Program-made: the position numbers and the translations under genes
The notes under the pieces: generated by a model
The model's input: the letters and a program-made list of their open reading frames with translations, nothing else
Told to the model about the DNA's origin: nothing
Databases searched by the model: none
DNA from: Eutreptiella sp. 'Long Island Sound 2002'
Lineage: Eukaryota; Protista; Euglenida
Reading direction: 5' to 3'
NCBI GenBank assembly: GCA_964036045.1
Contig: OZ038378.1
Location: 1,178,001-1,242,000, forward strand
DNA: 64,000 nt
Shown: positions 1 through 14,238 of the stretch, in pieces
How positions within the stretch are numbered: position 1 is the stretch's first letter
How the letters are laid out: each line of letters opens with the position of its first letter

Positions 1-2199
1 ACCTTGCCTTACCTTACCCTTGTGCACACGCTGGTGTACAAAGAATGTTTTTCAGATGGTCCGGCCATAAGAGTGTGCACTGAGGACTGCACGGGCCGTG
101 TCTGGACCTGCGGTTCCCGTATTTCCTACAGCGAGGCACTAGGTGCTGCTTGTTGGAGGGAACCAAAGGTACGAAGCAAGGGGCAGGCCCCAGAGGGACA
201 ATGGCCAAGGGACGACCAGCGAAGCGCTGGGCACGATGGTCCTGAACAGGGGAGGGAATATCGGTCAGAAGAAGGGCCAAACCGATGTTTTGCCAAAAAC
301 ATACGTTTTGTTCCACAGTGCTTACTGTTTTTCTTGGGAAGAGCTGTACATGGACTGTCCGGAGATGTTTGACAGTACGAGACAGATTGAGAATTGGCTG
401 TCGTGCAGGGCAGGTGAGGGCAGGAATCACAAAACCGGCCGCCGATCGTCCGCACTGGATTTGTCACCAACGGCGGTGGACTGGTCAACCAACCGCCGTT
501 GGGGGTCGACCGACCGGATACGGTGCGGTTGTTTTGGGGGGGTGGGGGCGGGGGTTAGCCCACCGCTGAGGACCGCAGGGGGGCAGCGGCTGTTGTTGAT
601 GGCCGTTCCCAGGACCACGCCACCCTCTGGCGCACGCTCGATGAACGGCCGACCTACCGGTTCCGCTTGGCCTGACCTGCGTTCCGAGGCCCCTGGTCCA
701 GTGCATGGTCGCGGATTGGCTGTGGCTCGCAGCTTTGGACAGTTCGGATACGGGACTTGATGGTCAAACCAATCGACAAAACGAGGCCAGTAACCGCCAG
801 CAGTTGACGGGTAACCGCCTGCGCATGGCCAGGGGACGCAGGTAATTGCCCTGTGGCCTCCGATGATGTACACTCCAACAAAAAAAGAAAAAAGTAAAAT
901 ATGCTGCGGACGTCCTTGAGGCACGTTCTACTGCGAAGCAGACAGCCTCCAGCCCCCCCCTCCCCCCAACCTGGGCCCCTGGGCCAATGGAACATTTGCT
1001 GGCCAGTCGAACACGCAATGTACTGAGAAGGCGATGAAGGCCGTGTGAAGGCAGGCGCGGCTGGAGCACAGTGGCGGGTCCACACCTGACCTTTTGAGGC
1101 CCCCCAACTTCACCCGTCGTCCGGCAATCCCTGACTCCTGGCGCCAAAAAGACACAGCTTTTGGCGGCAGGGAAGGTGGACTGAGGGCTGCAGTTGAAGG
1201 GCGGGAGGGGGGCCCTTCCATCGGTGGTGACGGTAAGTTCCGCCCCAACGCCCTCTGTCCGCCCTCCACTGTCCTCCAGCCGTTCTGGAGGCTCGTTTCC
1301 CCTCCAAGCGCAGCCCTGCGGTGAGCCATCAAACCGTGCGGCTGCACGCGGTGTGTGGTCTGCGGCACAGGGTATTGGCTATGAGACTGATCATGCGCTG
1401 CGTGCACTCCCGCGGTTCTGATGTAAGGCGCCCAGTCTCTGACATGCCACAGGCCTCGATGTGCGTGTTGGGCTCTGGACAGTTCCCGGAGTCTATATCC
1501 AGCAGCGAATCGGGAGCAGCTGACGCGGTGCGCGTGCGGCGCGGCGATCTAACGACATCTATGGGCGCGGGGTTGTGTTGTCGTTTGGATTTGTCCTTTT
1601 TGTGCCGGGCACCTCTGCGGACGGTCTTACTTGTCACTGCAAAGGGCCACGAGAGGCCCATTTTGAGCATTATGAAAGTGGGTGCTGATTGTATTGTGCT
1701 CCTGATTGTGTTGTGTTTCATTCAATTTTTGTGGCCAAACTGTTTGCTCTCCCTCAGGGGCATTTTGGGAGGGGTTAACAATCAGGATGTTCCAGGCGCA
1801 CTCGCTGCAAAAGTAGCCCGTGGCGCAAGTACCCCAACCCCCGAAAAAAAATCAGCCGTGACAGCTGTGAAATTTGGGCCAGTGCCGCTGCCCCCTATGC
1901 AAACTGGACTCCGATGTGGTCCCATTCCGTGTCCGGGTACCGTCCTGTGCCAAGCAAAGCACTGTCCGTCACTCTCGCACAATTGCGGTGAACCCGCATC
2001 AGGCCATCAAACGTGAATCCGTCGCAGCTCTTCGTAGTTTGTCCGTAGGCGCCTTTGGGCGCCCCACGTATTCGCATGTGCCCTTGACCACACCCCCTTC
2101 CTGGCGTTGCATGGAGCCCTGCGGGTATCGCTGACGTGCGTGCTGAAGCCTGCCCCCTCAGAGCTATGTTGGCCGTCTCCCACCGCGCTACCCCCGACC

Positions 2200-2473
2200 C
2201 GCTGGCACCCACCTCTGCCGTCAGGAAGTCTCCATCCCAGTCCCCCTGCAAAACCTCGCGCTCAGTCGAACTCACATCGCTTGGAGTCAGCATTTCCTCC
2301 ACTGGTCCTTTTTGGTGCTGACCGCGAATCTCGATCCCCAGCTCTGCCATCTGATGGGCTCTGTGATTGCCCGCCACTCCCAAATGGGACGGTACCCAGC
2401 GAATGAGGACATCGTCCCCCGCTTGTTCGGACCCGTCCCCTGCGGAGTTGTCCGTCATAGCGACCGTCGCTGA
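2200..2473 (-). pseudogene. RNase H C-terminal remnant of a non-LTR retrotransposon
   Basis: Minus-strand translation contains IRWVPSHLGVAGNHRAHQMAELG (~2336-2408), resembling the LINE RNase H motif WVPSH-x-G-x-x-GNE-x-AD-x-LA. No RT motifs seen nearby; the hAT element is inserted immediately upstream. Confidence 0.55.
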
Positions 2474-2481
2474 ATTATGGC

Positions 2482-3464
2482 CGGGTTTCCCGTCCATTCG
2501 AACACGAATATTTACGAATATGTCCGAATATTTCCGAATCACAGGAGAACCAGTAATTCTGAACATTTCCGAACATTTCCAAATATTTCCGAACAGCGGG
2601 AATGCACCCCCCCCCCCCCCCACTCTGAATCGGGGCCGAATGGGCATTTTAGGTGCAGTTGGTGGGAAGTGCTTTTATGCATGTGCATCATTTTATCGAC
2701 GTCTCAGGGTGATCCCCGCAATATTCGCCACCTGGATGCTCTGTAGTCATTAGTTTTAGATTTGTTTAATGGAACCCAGCCCTGATGATGATGATTTGAA
2801 ACATAAGAAAGAGAAGGTCAATGCTGTTGGCCTCAGAGTGGGAGAGGTATATGCGGCTAAAGAGACACACAGTTCATGATCATCACACCATTGATACATT
2901 TTGTCAAGCATGTGGATCACTGATATGTGATGCAGTTGCACCATGCATATGGTTTCCAACGACTGCAGCTCCTTCATTGATGACAAAAAATAGGCCAAAG
3001 ATGAACTTGTGTTTGCGAGCGGTGCGAGCAAATAAAAGTTTTCGAATAGTATGTAATGTATTGTATTGTATTGTATTCAGTTGCAATTTGTTGCCGGACC
3101 ACCCAGGTCCAACAGGCCAGTTATGCCAGCCCGGACACAGACGAGACTGTACGGCGATTGCTGAAAACTCTGACAGGGCCACTGCTGTGGCAATGTTTTA
3201 TGAGGGTGGCGTGGAGCAAAGGTTTACCAAGCAATAGACTCGTGCACTTCCACTTATGAATTACCGATCCTGTGCCAGACCGTGCCCGTGTGCCATAGGG
3301 TGTTGTGCTTGGGTGCCAAGGAACGATTTTGCGCTTAGATATCCTACACCTATGTCCACCAGGAAACTGCTTTCTTGAATGACGAATATTTACGAATATT
3401 TACGAATACTTACCAATATTTCCGAATGAATATTGTCGCAAGTACGAATCAGTGGGAAACCCTG
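2482..3464 (+). mobile_element. Non-autonomous hAT-type DNA transposon (~983 bp)
   Basis: 8-bp TSD ATTATGGC at 2474-2481 and 3465-3472. Termini are CGGGTTTCCC and GGGAAACCCTG (reverse complement CAGGGTTTCCC, a typical hAT start). ~11-bp CGAATATTT(A/C)C subterminal repeats lie at both ends (~2509-2592 and ~3383-3433). Confidence 0.8.
2821..3005 (+). pseudogene. Remnant of hAT C-terminal dimerisation domain
   Basis: EWERYMRLK...IDTFCQA...AVAPCIWFPTTAA..SLMTKNRPKM loosely follows the hATC pattern (E-x-x-x-Y...W...A...P-x-S/T-S/T-A...T-x-x-R-x-x-L/M). It lies inside the TIR/TSD-bounded element. Confidence 0.5.
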
Positions 3465-3564
3465 ATTATGGCTAAGCATCGCCCTGTGGCAGCACTTTGC
3501 AACCCCCTCCCCCCACCTTGAACAGAGCCCTTTTACCCCCCCCCCCCCTTGCACAAGTACCGCC

Positions 3565-4093
3565 TTGTCTAAGCAAGGGGACCCGGTCTGACCGTCACTT
3601 TTACCGAATTTTCTGACCACGGTTTTTATGATCAGAAACTTGGCAAAGCGTGATGGTGTGCCAATTGTAGAGGGAAAGAGGGGCTGTGTCATGCTTGTGA
3701 TGAGTCCTCCTGCTCATAACAACATTCTGCTTGGTACTTCACCCCACTGCTCTTTGTTTTGGTGTGATTTTCCAAAAAAAACCCATTCCAAAGCCTGCTA
3801 CCAAGCCTGCCCGAAAGCCTGCCCCTAAGGGCAAGCATTTGCCATTGTTCAAGACCAGGCACAAGGTTGGAAAGGGCTTCTATTCCACAGCTCCTGATAC
3901 CCCTGATGGGCAGTGCGGACCTCCAGAACTTGCTGAAATTTGCCTGCACATTGTGTTCTAGTGCCCTGTTGTGACTATTGTGCTTAGGGTGAGGTATGGG
4001 CAGGTTTTCGGGACATGCGTTCTTTTGGTACCGCGTGTCGCGCACTAGCACTGCGTTGTCTAAGCACCGGAACCCGGTCTGACCGTCACTTTC
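3565..4093. repeat. Two direct copies of a ~38-bp motif (TTGTCTAAGCA...ACCCGGTCTGACCGTCACTTT)
   Basis: Copies at ~3565-3602 and ~4056-4093, flanked by poly-C and poly-G runs; probably subterminal repeats of an unidentified element. Confidence 0.5.
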
Positions 4094-7000
4094 CTGACTT
4101 TCCTGGTGCTTGCGCAAGGGGGGGGGGGGGGGTAGAGAGGATGGGGGGGCACTGTCATTTGGTGACAGTCTGCTCTGGCGGGGATGGGGGCATTGTCATG
4201 CATTGCTGGGGGACTATGCAGAGGGGGATGCAGGGGTAGGTTCAACTTCAGATTCTGGAGTTTGGTGGTCCCAGTGTTGGAATTTGCCCTTTTTTGTTGT
4301 CTTTGGCGCATCAGCCTCTGGATTCTGGCCCCTTTTGGGACAGTCCTTGTTCCAAGTTAGTCCGCCACACTAACTGGATCCACATCTGTGCCCGCAGCGC
4401 CGCGCATGCACCGTCTGGACCACAGACACATTGTACATCTGGCTGGCTGTGGTGGGACAGGCGCTTCGGCAGCTCAGGACATCATACTTCCGCATTGACA
4501 CCCCCTCCTACCGTCAGTGCCCCCCGGCGAACAGCCACCCCAGACATCAGGCTGCGGGACCCCTCGTTGAGACCTCAGGCCCTCCCTTGTCCATCATCCC
4601 CCTAAACCACCAACAGCGCCTCCAAGAGCGCCACCCCATATGATATGGCAGCGGGACCTTGCACAGATCCACGGAACGAGTTTTTGACGCAGGACACGAG
4701 CTCGTGTTGGTTTAGGGTCCCCAGTCTAATTTATCTGCAGGGACTCCTTGCCTCTGTCACATAGCTGTTCAACGGGCTTTAATGCTTTGGAACTCCTGAC
4801 CCAAGTCTTTATGGTGCTGCATGGGGTTGTATTGGGGTGGAGTGCAGGATCAGACACACCAGCACCATCCGGCAGAGACCCCAGTTTTCACTGATGATTT
4901 AGCTCCGTATTATTTCCTGCTCATTAACACCATCCTCTGCACATCCAGAAGTCAATAGAAACCGGCTGTCTGCAGTGCAGGGCTGAGTAGACCCCAGCTC
5001 TGCGGTGTCATGTCTGGCAGGGCTGAGTAGGCGGTGCAAACCAAGTCCAATGAATATGGGCAGCACTCTGCTGCATTGTGGTGCATGTATGGTACATTCT
5101 GGATTTGACTGAAGCATAAATGAATGACATTAAGAAAAGCATTACAAAGGAAAATGTGACATTTTGGGGTTGTTTTTACTTGATTTTGTGAAAATCAGGC
5201 AATTGGACTCAAAACTGGTCGCTGGCCTCGCTCCAAGGTGGACTCAAAACTGGTCATTTTACTTTATGCATGCTGCATATGGCTATTGGCCCATTGACCG
5301 ATTCAAAGGTCACATTTATAAATAGTGAATCACATGCATTGTGTGCAGCGCACAAGGTGCGAAAACTGTTCAATATGATAAATATTTACTGCAGCAAACA
5401 ATGCGTGGCTGCTGGCAGCCGGTATTTGTGTCTAGAGCACTGAAGGCATTGCTGTCGTCGCTCGAAATTTCCGAAGCCATAGGGGCATCACCGGTTGCTC
5501 CACTCGTTGCTGTCAGCCGTAGTCTAAGTGGTAGCGAGCACCTGTCGGATAGATTTGTTTAATAACAGAGGGCAATTTGTTCACACTGTGCGAAGCAAAA
5601 ATAGTAAGAGCTGATATTTTGTATGAGAGAGCAACCCACCCAAGTGCATAGGGTTGTGTATACAAACACAATGCTGTACAGTTCATCATTTTTTTTTTGC
5701 AACACGATGGATTTTTCCGTCTTTGTGGAACCATGGGGCCTGCAGCAACTTCGGCAACTTCGGCAACGGGTACATGCAATAGGGCTGAGAGGGAGCATAC
5801 TGGGTCCTGACAGATCGTTGGGGCGTTGCAGTGGTCGTTGTACGTCCCAGCAGTATCGTCGTCAGCCATACTTTGCAGCGGCTTTTTGATTTCTGCATTT
5901 GAATTCATACACTGCAAGACCAATAATTAAAAATGACCAAACAACAAAAAAAATAGTAAAAAAACACAAAGATTTTCTTGACTTTTTCAACAAACATGCC
6001 TGGTCCGGGTCTGCGGGCCTTTCCGTTGCCATTCGTGCGGTGCATTGTCAACAGGCGATATCACGATTTCACCAACATTGAGATTCTGAGTAAATTTAGA
6101 TACAAACTTCCATGTTTTATCTAAGCAGATGCACTGGTCCACGTGAAAATTCAAATCGCAGCCATTGCTCCAGTGCGTACAACGTTGGATACTTGTCAAA
6201 TTACCCCAATCCATGAAGTTTGGATATGTTATGTTTTCGAGTTGCCTTAAGTATTGACGGACGTTACCCTTTGAATTGATGAGCTTTATGACTCGTACTG
6301 CCTGTACAAAAATTGCCCGAGCACGTGCCCGAACTCGTGCCAAAATGATCATGCTAGACTCAAAGACAACTTAGTTCTGTGTAGTCGAACACGTTATATC
6401 CCTGGGAACAGGTAGTAGTCTACCTTCTAGCTACCATATTGAGCGCCTACACATTCAAATAGAGTGAATGCTGTGTCTCCATTTCGGGCGCCGCCCATTT
6501 GGCATCAATGTTGGCACCCTCGAATTCCAGCCCATCTTGAACGTCTGCAAATTAGCGGCCAGTGCGTTGTGCTCGAGTGTCAAAACTGCCGCCGTGGCAC
6601 GAAAGTGCTCATCTCTCCATTGCTGCTAGGACTCAATCGCTAGCGACGACTGCCCTAAGGCAACTATTCCTAATTTGACACGTTCAAATGGATAATAAAT
6701 TAGAGTGCGCACATCCAATGTGCCATATGCACACAAATCAATGATTCATCCACGACTGCTTGAAATAAGAATAGTATTATTGCTACTATTGAAATGAGCA
6801 ATTGTGCGGGGCCCGACACATGCCCGCCTTCAGGCGAGGCACCGCCTATAGGTCAAAGCGGCAACGCTGTTAGTCAAGCTACCCACGTTATTGGCCTGTC
6901 GCCTTTGCAGTACGCCTTAGACAAAGTATCACATCACTTCTAGGGTTCACGACAAACCAAAAGCGGAAAACATCATCATATTTGACAGCAAACAAACTCC

Positions 7001-8013
7001 ATTTTTTATTTTTTTGGCAATGAAAAAAGCACGGTTTCGACTTGGAAAAGACACTTCCGAATACTTTTACAATCTACGAACCCCAGTTTATTTAGACAAA
7101 AGGAAACGGACCCCATTAAAAGTGATTTTGTTAATTTCTCATAACAAACAATTCAATGCAGACACATCAAAAGGAGCGCCTGGTCGCGGATGGCCAGTGC
7201 TGACGTTTCACGGTTGACGTGCGTCAGCGCGGGCGGTGCGGCAGGAGGGCGGGAATGGACCCACTTGGGGGAAACGGGCTCGGGAAGGGACTGTGTAGGG
7301 GCGGCAATCGGCTATGGCGGTTTTTTGCGGTTAGAAATGCGGTTGGCGGGGGTTTGGGTTTGGGCGACTGCCGAGAGGGTGGTCGTGGATTGGGGGGGGG
7401 GGGGGGGGGTTGGCACGAGGCGCAATGAGCGTCTGCAGAGTGTGTGCTGATCAAGACGGGTTCAGGGTGTCAGTGCAAAGAAGTGCGCCAGTCCTGCGTC
7501 GGCTAGTCTGGGCTGCACCAAACTATTCCCGCCCTCCACCCACCAGTTGAGGCTTGCACAAGCCAACTTGGAAAATGTGAGTGGCCCACTTTTGAGTATT
7601 TTCACTTTCGTGCAACCTTGGCAGCCGGCTCTGCTAAAAATTTTCATCTCCCCAAAGGGATGCGAATGTACAAAGCAGGCTACTGCATTCATCAATTGCG
7701 CCGAATGCGCAGAAGAAAGAATTAGACCCCGACATTTTAGAGTGGCGCCGAGTTGTTAAAACAAGCCCTGCACGACGTACAACACACCCGGGCCCAACCA
7801 GCGCTCTTGCCACCAGGCGCTCTTGCCACCCGTGTCAGTGGCCGTCTTGGCCAGATGGTTCACGTGCCCCTTGCAAAGCTGGGCCATGGTGGCCGGTGGG
7901 CGGCCCCCTCTTCCCATCCGACCGGCACCACGCCGGCACGTACACGTTGTTGCTAGTCGGACCACTGCAGTGGTCTGCAAACTGCACGCAGAATACTAGA
8001 ATACTGCACACTT

Positions 8014-9580
8014 GTGCAAAATATTCGGGCAGCGCAGGATGACCCCAAGAAGATGTCCATGTGTGACAAGTGTCCGTTGCAATATTGTATGGATTGCACG
8101 GACACACATACATGTGACATGTTACAGTGCTTTGACAAGGGGTTGCGACCATTGCTGTTCATGGCTTTCCACATTTTGGATGATGTCTTATGTGGAGGAA
8201 CCCATCAATATCATCCACCAAATTTTCGGCCGATTCCGAAGCACCACAACAGAGGGTTGTGATTTTTGCCCATTTTGCGCGTGCTTGCTTGCTGCTTGCT
8301 GCTTGCTATTGCTTGCTGCCCAACTTGGTAGGTCCACCCTAGACACGAAAGAGGGATGTCAAACTACTACTGTTTTCACCAACTCGGTGCCCAACCCTAA
8401 CCCCAACACTCTCACTCAATGGTCACAGGATAGATCGGCAATGCAAGTATCGTCTTCCACAGATATTTATGATTTACTTTTTCCTTGACCTCCTTGACTA
8501 TTTTGTGTTTGAAGCGTGCAATAAAATCAAAGAGTGAGCAAAACCATGCGCACAAACGGAAACACGGTTGCTGTTGGTTGTTTTCTTCTCTTTTCTGTGG
8601 TTATGGTAGTTTATGCCACCATGTAGAGGTGATGTAACACAAAGCTACTCAAAGTAAAGGGTAGGGCACTCGGACAACACCGGGAAGGCGATGAAGTCAG
8701 ATGGCGGTTGCCAGACTTCGACATAGATTACGAGGACTCTGGAGGGAAACTTCACCCTAGAACGCCAAACACCAACTCCACCAAACCCCGGTTGAATGAT
8801 GTCGCAGTGTGGTACCACCTGGATCACCCAGAGCTAGGGGATACTGAGAGGAAGAGCATGTAGTTTGTACCATTGCCATATACACGAGCTCCGATGCGGG
8901 GCGAGGAAACAATACCCAAGGCCAAATGTGGCTAACATAACCTGACCGTAGCAGAGGTAGAGAACACCAAAGCACTGTTTTTGTTGCTTGCCTGTGACCA
9001 AGCACAACATTGGGACTACTGCAGAGGATGCCGGACGGCGTTTTTTTTTTGTTCTTTCTTGTCCGTTGCCTTTACAAAACTTCAAATCAAAAAGAAATGG
9101 CACACCTTTGGGATGATGATAATGATAGCCCACCTCCATCCCCCCGACTCCAAGCCCCAAGCACCGGCACAGTGCAACAGAAGAGGACCCGCCCGCCACA
9201 CCACCCCCAAAGGACACCAATATGTGGTGGTGCTCAAATGGGCTTGCACCAATACACCAAGGGCATGCCTGGTTGGGTCACTAAACCATGGTGATGCAGA
9301 GCATGCCATCATGGAGTACAGACTGACACAAGAACTGGCGCAATGTGAGGTCAATGTGTCCCAAAAGTGGAGTGCACTCATTCGGGTGGTCGACAAATCT
9401 CCCAAATCCCATTGTGCCTGCTGTCAGTCTGAATTTCACCCCTGAGTGCCTAGAATATGAGCAGCCAACCCGTGCACACATGAGTACCGAGGAAAAGTTG
9501 GCGGAAATCCGAACTAAACCTTTCCATGCACCACAAAAGCGTCCAGCATTGCACATGACCTGACTAGGAAGGGCGCTGCC
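8014..9580 (+). pseudogene. Decayed coding-like region with Cys-rich motifs, family unknown
   Basis: Protein-like stretches broken by stops and frameshifts: MSMCDKCPLQYCMDCTDTHTC (~8050), LLKVKGRALGQHREGDEVRWRLPDFDIDYED (~8645), CDQAQHWDYCRGC (~8990), and AIMEYRLTQELAQCEV followed after a frameshift by PECLEYEQPTRAHMSTEEKLAEIR. Confidence 0.25.
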
Positions 9581-11430
9581 CAAAAACCACCGTCAGGGAA
9601 GGGGGTTCTAGGACAGCGCGGGGTCTACTGGCTGGGTGGACGGGACGTCCCCCCATGCTCGAGGGTTGGCTGCTGCTGCTGGGTAAGTGGTCGTCGGTGT
9701 GTCCTCGCTGTGGTGTGTGTTGCCCATGTTGTTGTGTTGTTGTGTTTTGTTTGTTCGTGTGGTGTTTACATTTTTGGCCAACCAGCTAATATTCCCAGGT
9801 GTCTCAGGTGTCCTAAATTTCTTGGCACTGCGTTGCTTCACGGCCTTAGTGCTTCAGGGGTACAAAATGTAATGCAACCGCATAAGACATGGTTTTGGTG
9901 ACAAATCTGCCAATTACGTGGAGTCATGGACACATTTGTTGTGATGTTTGCCCACTTGAACCCACAGAGCTCTGTTTTTGAGAATACTTGTGCATTATCT
10001 TCCCCCTTTTGGTGGTGGCATGTGTGCCGGTAGCTGTATGTGTCGCGCGCAAGCTACGGCCTTGTCTAAGCTACAGTAGGCGTAGGGGCCGACTTAATTC
10101 CGTACTTTTGCGTAGCTTAGACAAGGGGGGCGGATACTTTGGCCTATACAAACCTTTAGGCCAAACAGATGAGACAAAAAAGGCCTGCCCTCAGAAAGCC
10201 TTGTTTTAGGCCTTGGTGTAGTTATGAAGAATTTTTTTGTGGCTTACACCATGAAAACATTGAACCGCTTCAATTACCAAAATCCAGTTGTCAGCTTGCC
10301 CTTATTATCACACAAACAAACGTGTGCACAACAAGCATATACAATGTGTCCATTGATCTTGCGATTTTGGGCCCAAATTGTCAGGTAGGCGGCACACAGG
10401 AGTCTTTCAACCATTTGGAGGTCTGTGCATCCCCAAAAGGGCCCTGAGACCTCCAAATTAAACATTTCATTTTTTCCAACCCATGGTCCATGTGAACTCT
10501 TCTGTTTTTTTTTTTTTTTTTGCAGTGGCTGACAATGTCAGATGTCCGAGGCGCTGGCAAGAATTACCTGGTACCTGGAAAAAAAAACAAGTGTGCTTAG
10601 CAGGAGATCTATTCCCACCAGTTGGCCAAGTCGAAAACAATGGACCAAACTTTCCCAGCCCCGAAATTTTCTCCTTGTACTGCGGTTTTTGTAACATACA
10701 CACCTCGCAGTGCGGCCATGGACAGTGAACGAGCATGGGCGATCAAGTGCCAGCAGTCAGTGCTCCCAGTAGCTGGCACGTTCAGTTCTCAATGGGATGC
10801 AGAAGCGTAGGTTAGTGAAAGCTGCCTCCACCAATAGGTAAACAAGTGGTGATTTGGACTATTGCCAAGCTGTTTGACCAAACTTGGCCAAAGAGTATCA
10901 TGCCTGTTGCATTGGAATGTCGGGGTCATTGGGGAATGCGTGTCATTCTCCAGTTTGCGGTCCTGTCAGTTCACTGTTCTACAAACTTGCAACTGTGCAC
11001 CGCCAGGCAAAGGGATGAATGCTGTGAAAAATGGGGGCCATGCAACTTCTAGACACCCCCCTGATTCGGGGTGCACCTGGTTTTGCTAAAACGTAGTGAG
11101 CCTCGTTTACGTTTCAGATTTTTGAGTATTTTCAGAGACCTCTGTGGCAGACAAATGCGCCTCAAGGAGGCGTCTGCACAATTTGTTTGGTCTAATTAGG
11201 CCAAAGTTCAGTTAGGCCTGATTAGGTAGGCCAAACTGACTTTTGGCAGAAACTGGCCAAACTCCTTTGATGAAAATGGGTTTCAACCAAATTTGAACGG
11301 TTAGGCCTCTCTCAGAATGCTGCTCTTTCAATTGTATGAGAGCCAACGCTCAGTGACATGTCCACAAACCGAACCTGACATTGGCACATCCACAGATTGA
11401 CAGATTGGGAAGACCGTAGATTTGGGATAA

Positions 11431-11616
11431 TTGCAAAGGGGTGTAGGTTGGCGATGCGGTGTAATGGTGTGCTTCTGCTGCACATTTGCATCGCAGTTCC
11501 CTCACTGTGCTACACTTCCACAGTTTTTAAGGGTGTATGTGAGGGTACCACACGTTCGGCCCATTTTCGTCAAGTAGCCTCCCACCGACGTTATGTCAAT
11601 CATCAGCGGCCGCAAT
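11431..11616 (+). repeat. Interspersed ~185-bp repeat, copy 1
   Basis: Aligns by eye with 20461-20642 (e.g. GTGCTACACTTCCAC, GTACCACACGTTCGGC, CAAGTAGCCTCCCACCGACGTT, GCGGCCGCAAT). Confidence 0.75.
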
Positions 11617-12472
11617 AACTGTGCGCCACCCAATTACCGTTTGCAACCTGCTAATGCGAATCAGACGCCCAACGTTGGTTGCTCGGCGATGGCAGCCTAC
11701 TGCCCATTCTGCCAAGACTCCTGGACCTCAACACTCAACAGTTGTGTGTCAATGCCCCAAAAGACACCATTGTGACATGGCTTTCTGTCTCCCAACAGGA
11801 CACAGCCTCGGACATGTGGGCGAATGCTTTTTTTGTCTTGTTATTGTTGGGGATCATCGTGTACACCGCTCATCCATCTGACGTGACATGTCAGGTATGA
11901 CCTGCACAGGGAAGGCAATAGAATCACCTCGCAGAGGTTGTTAGATCAAAGCCACACAAGCCCGTATATAAGGGAAACACCACATACCCCCCCTTTTGGG
12001 CCTTTTTGGGGCTATTCGCGTACCCTACCTCAAGGGGTTGAATTGTTTGTTTAATCCCTTGCAAAATCATTATTTTTTTTTCCAATAAACGCATCCCCCA
12101 ATGAGTTTTTGGTCCAGACCCCCCTAGACCCCCCCCCCCCACTTGAAACCCACTTTTTTGAGGTTTTGAGGGAGGGGGGTTGGGGGGTGGGGGTGGGTAG
12201 GGGGTCAAAAATGTCGAAAGAATGACCCCCCCTTTTTTTGGGTGGGCTGTTTTGGCGACCTCAGTGACCCCGTGCTACTCACTCTGAAGGGTGTGAGGGG
12301 GGATGTTGTGACAGTATATGCCTATTAGGATACGAAAGGACGCCTTTTTTTGCCGTCGGCCGCCTTGCCGAGGGCCGGTCAAAACCCGTGCCAAAGACGC
12401 AAATTGACTGTTTCCACCAATAATGGCTTACATGAATGAATGGGGCGGTGCACAACCTGCTTGTGCAGTTCA

Positions 12473-13090
12473 CTTTGGACAGCTCAAAAATCGAAGTTTT
12501 CGAAACTTACTTTTTTGATATTGTTATCACCTAAAATGACCATCCAAGGTATGGAAAGCATGGTTTAGACCGTATTTATGTGTTTTTCACCCTATTTGGG
12601 TATTGGGCGGGGGGGGGGCGGGGGGGGGGGGGGGGGCTCCCAAGGGATTGGTACACAACCTACTTATGCAATTTTTCACCCTGGACAACTCAAAAACCGA
12701 AGTTTTCGCAACTTATTTTTTTGATACCGTGATCACCTAAAATGACCATCCAAGATATGTAGAGCACGTTTTAGCACATATTTATGTATTTTTTACCCTA
12801 TTTTTGGTGTGTGTTGCTTGGGGTAGATTCTCTGCGAGGTGGACTTGCCGAAGGCAGTATAATATCCTATTTAAAGCATGTTTTAGACCCTATTCATGTG
12901 CTTTTCACCCTATTTGCGCGTCTAGACGGGGGCAAGGGGCTAGGGCACAACCTGCAATTTTCCACTCTCGGTAGCTCAACAATCGAAATTTTCAACACCG
13001 ATTTTTTTTTGGTGTTTTGACCATTCATAATGATCAAATATCCTACGTGAAGCGTGTTTTACACCCTCTATACATGTTTTTCACTGTATT
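12473..13090. repeat. Degenerate tandem repeat, about three units of 206-287 bp
   Basis: Anchor GG(A/T)(C/A)A(G/A)CTCAA-AATCGAA-TTTTC at ~12477, ~12683 and ~12970, each followed by variants of ATCACCTAAAATGACCATCCAAG and TTTTCACCCTATTT. Confidence 0.7.
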
Positions 13091-14045
13091 TGGGTGTTGG
13101 AGGCGGGATAGGGTGCTTGTGGATGACTTCGTGACTAGCTAAGTGATTGATTGACTGTGCACCCTCCCTCTTCGAGGTGTCTTGCCGATAGGCAATAGAA
13201 TTTTGCTCCGCCTTGCAACCTCCCTACCCCCCCCCCCCCCACCACCAACTGCTCTCATTTGTTTTTTGCTAGAGTGCAAGGATTTTTTGATTGGTGTGGG
13301 GAGCAAGATTGACCGTTGGTTTCATGTTGATGTGCAGCGGTCCCCCCGAGCTCCAAGTGGTGGAGCATTGTCTACCGAACTTTCCACTCTTGCTAAGCTT
13401 GCTGACAATGTGCTACTTCCCGATGGTTTGGCACGGACTACCACTTCACCCTTTGAAGCCCAAGCATGCCGCACTTGTAGACACAGTTAGGGCCAAAATT
13501 TTGCTAGGCACGGTTGCCACACTTGATCCGTGTACTGTTCAAGACATTCGTTGGAAGTTTAATTGTGATTGTGTAGCCATTACACCCGCACTGCAATTAG
13601 CACATATTATTGCCACTCCTTGTGATGTGCATGAAGTGTTGGGCAGCCTAGGGGTAGTGCAAATGCAACCAGTTGCGCCACCTAGGTTGCAAGTTCCCAT
13701 ATGGATACCACATGGAGCAACACATGAAAGTGGATGAAGACCACTCGAAACTTGATGACTCTCCCTTGGAGCAAGAAATGTGGCAGTGTTCCCTAGCTGA
13801 GCAACACACTTTGGAAGTCGGCAAAGCAGCCAACAATGCAACCCAAAAAGTAGCATGCGCTGCCAATGGACATGTACACAGTGGCAAGGAAACTGGAACT
13901 GCCGGATGGGAAGATTGACGTGTGGGGTCCACGGTAGACGTGGGGCACCTACTGAACGGCCATGATGGGGGATTGTACCCATGCGGGTCCACCAGTTGCT
14001 TGCCGGGGATCTCGCCCCATGCATTGTGCATGGGGACCGTAAACA

Positions 14046-14135
14046 CACAATGGAGATCCAAAGCCGTCCACACAATGGAGATCCAAGCCAGTTCACAAAT
14101 TGGAGATCCAAGCCAATTGACACAATGGATACCCA
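14046..14135. repeat. ~25-bp minisatellite (CACAATGGAGATCCAAGCC), about four units
   Basis: Units at ~14046, 14071, 14094 and 14121; one further copy at ~15259-15288. Confidence 0.7.
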
Positions 14136-14238
14136 AAGAGCTAGATGATGAGGACGTGCTGGAGCTTGAGTTGTACGAGTCGCCTAGCGGTTCCTCGGCA
14201 TCTTCTTGGCAAATAGTGCGGCCTAGTTTCGTGAAGTA

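Noticed and set aside
10059-10126. 14-bp inverted repeat CTTGTCTAAGCTAC / GTAGCTTAGACAAG as a MITE
   Set aside because: Element boundaries and TSD could not be defined.
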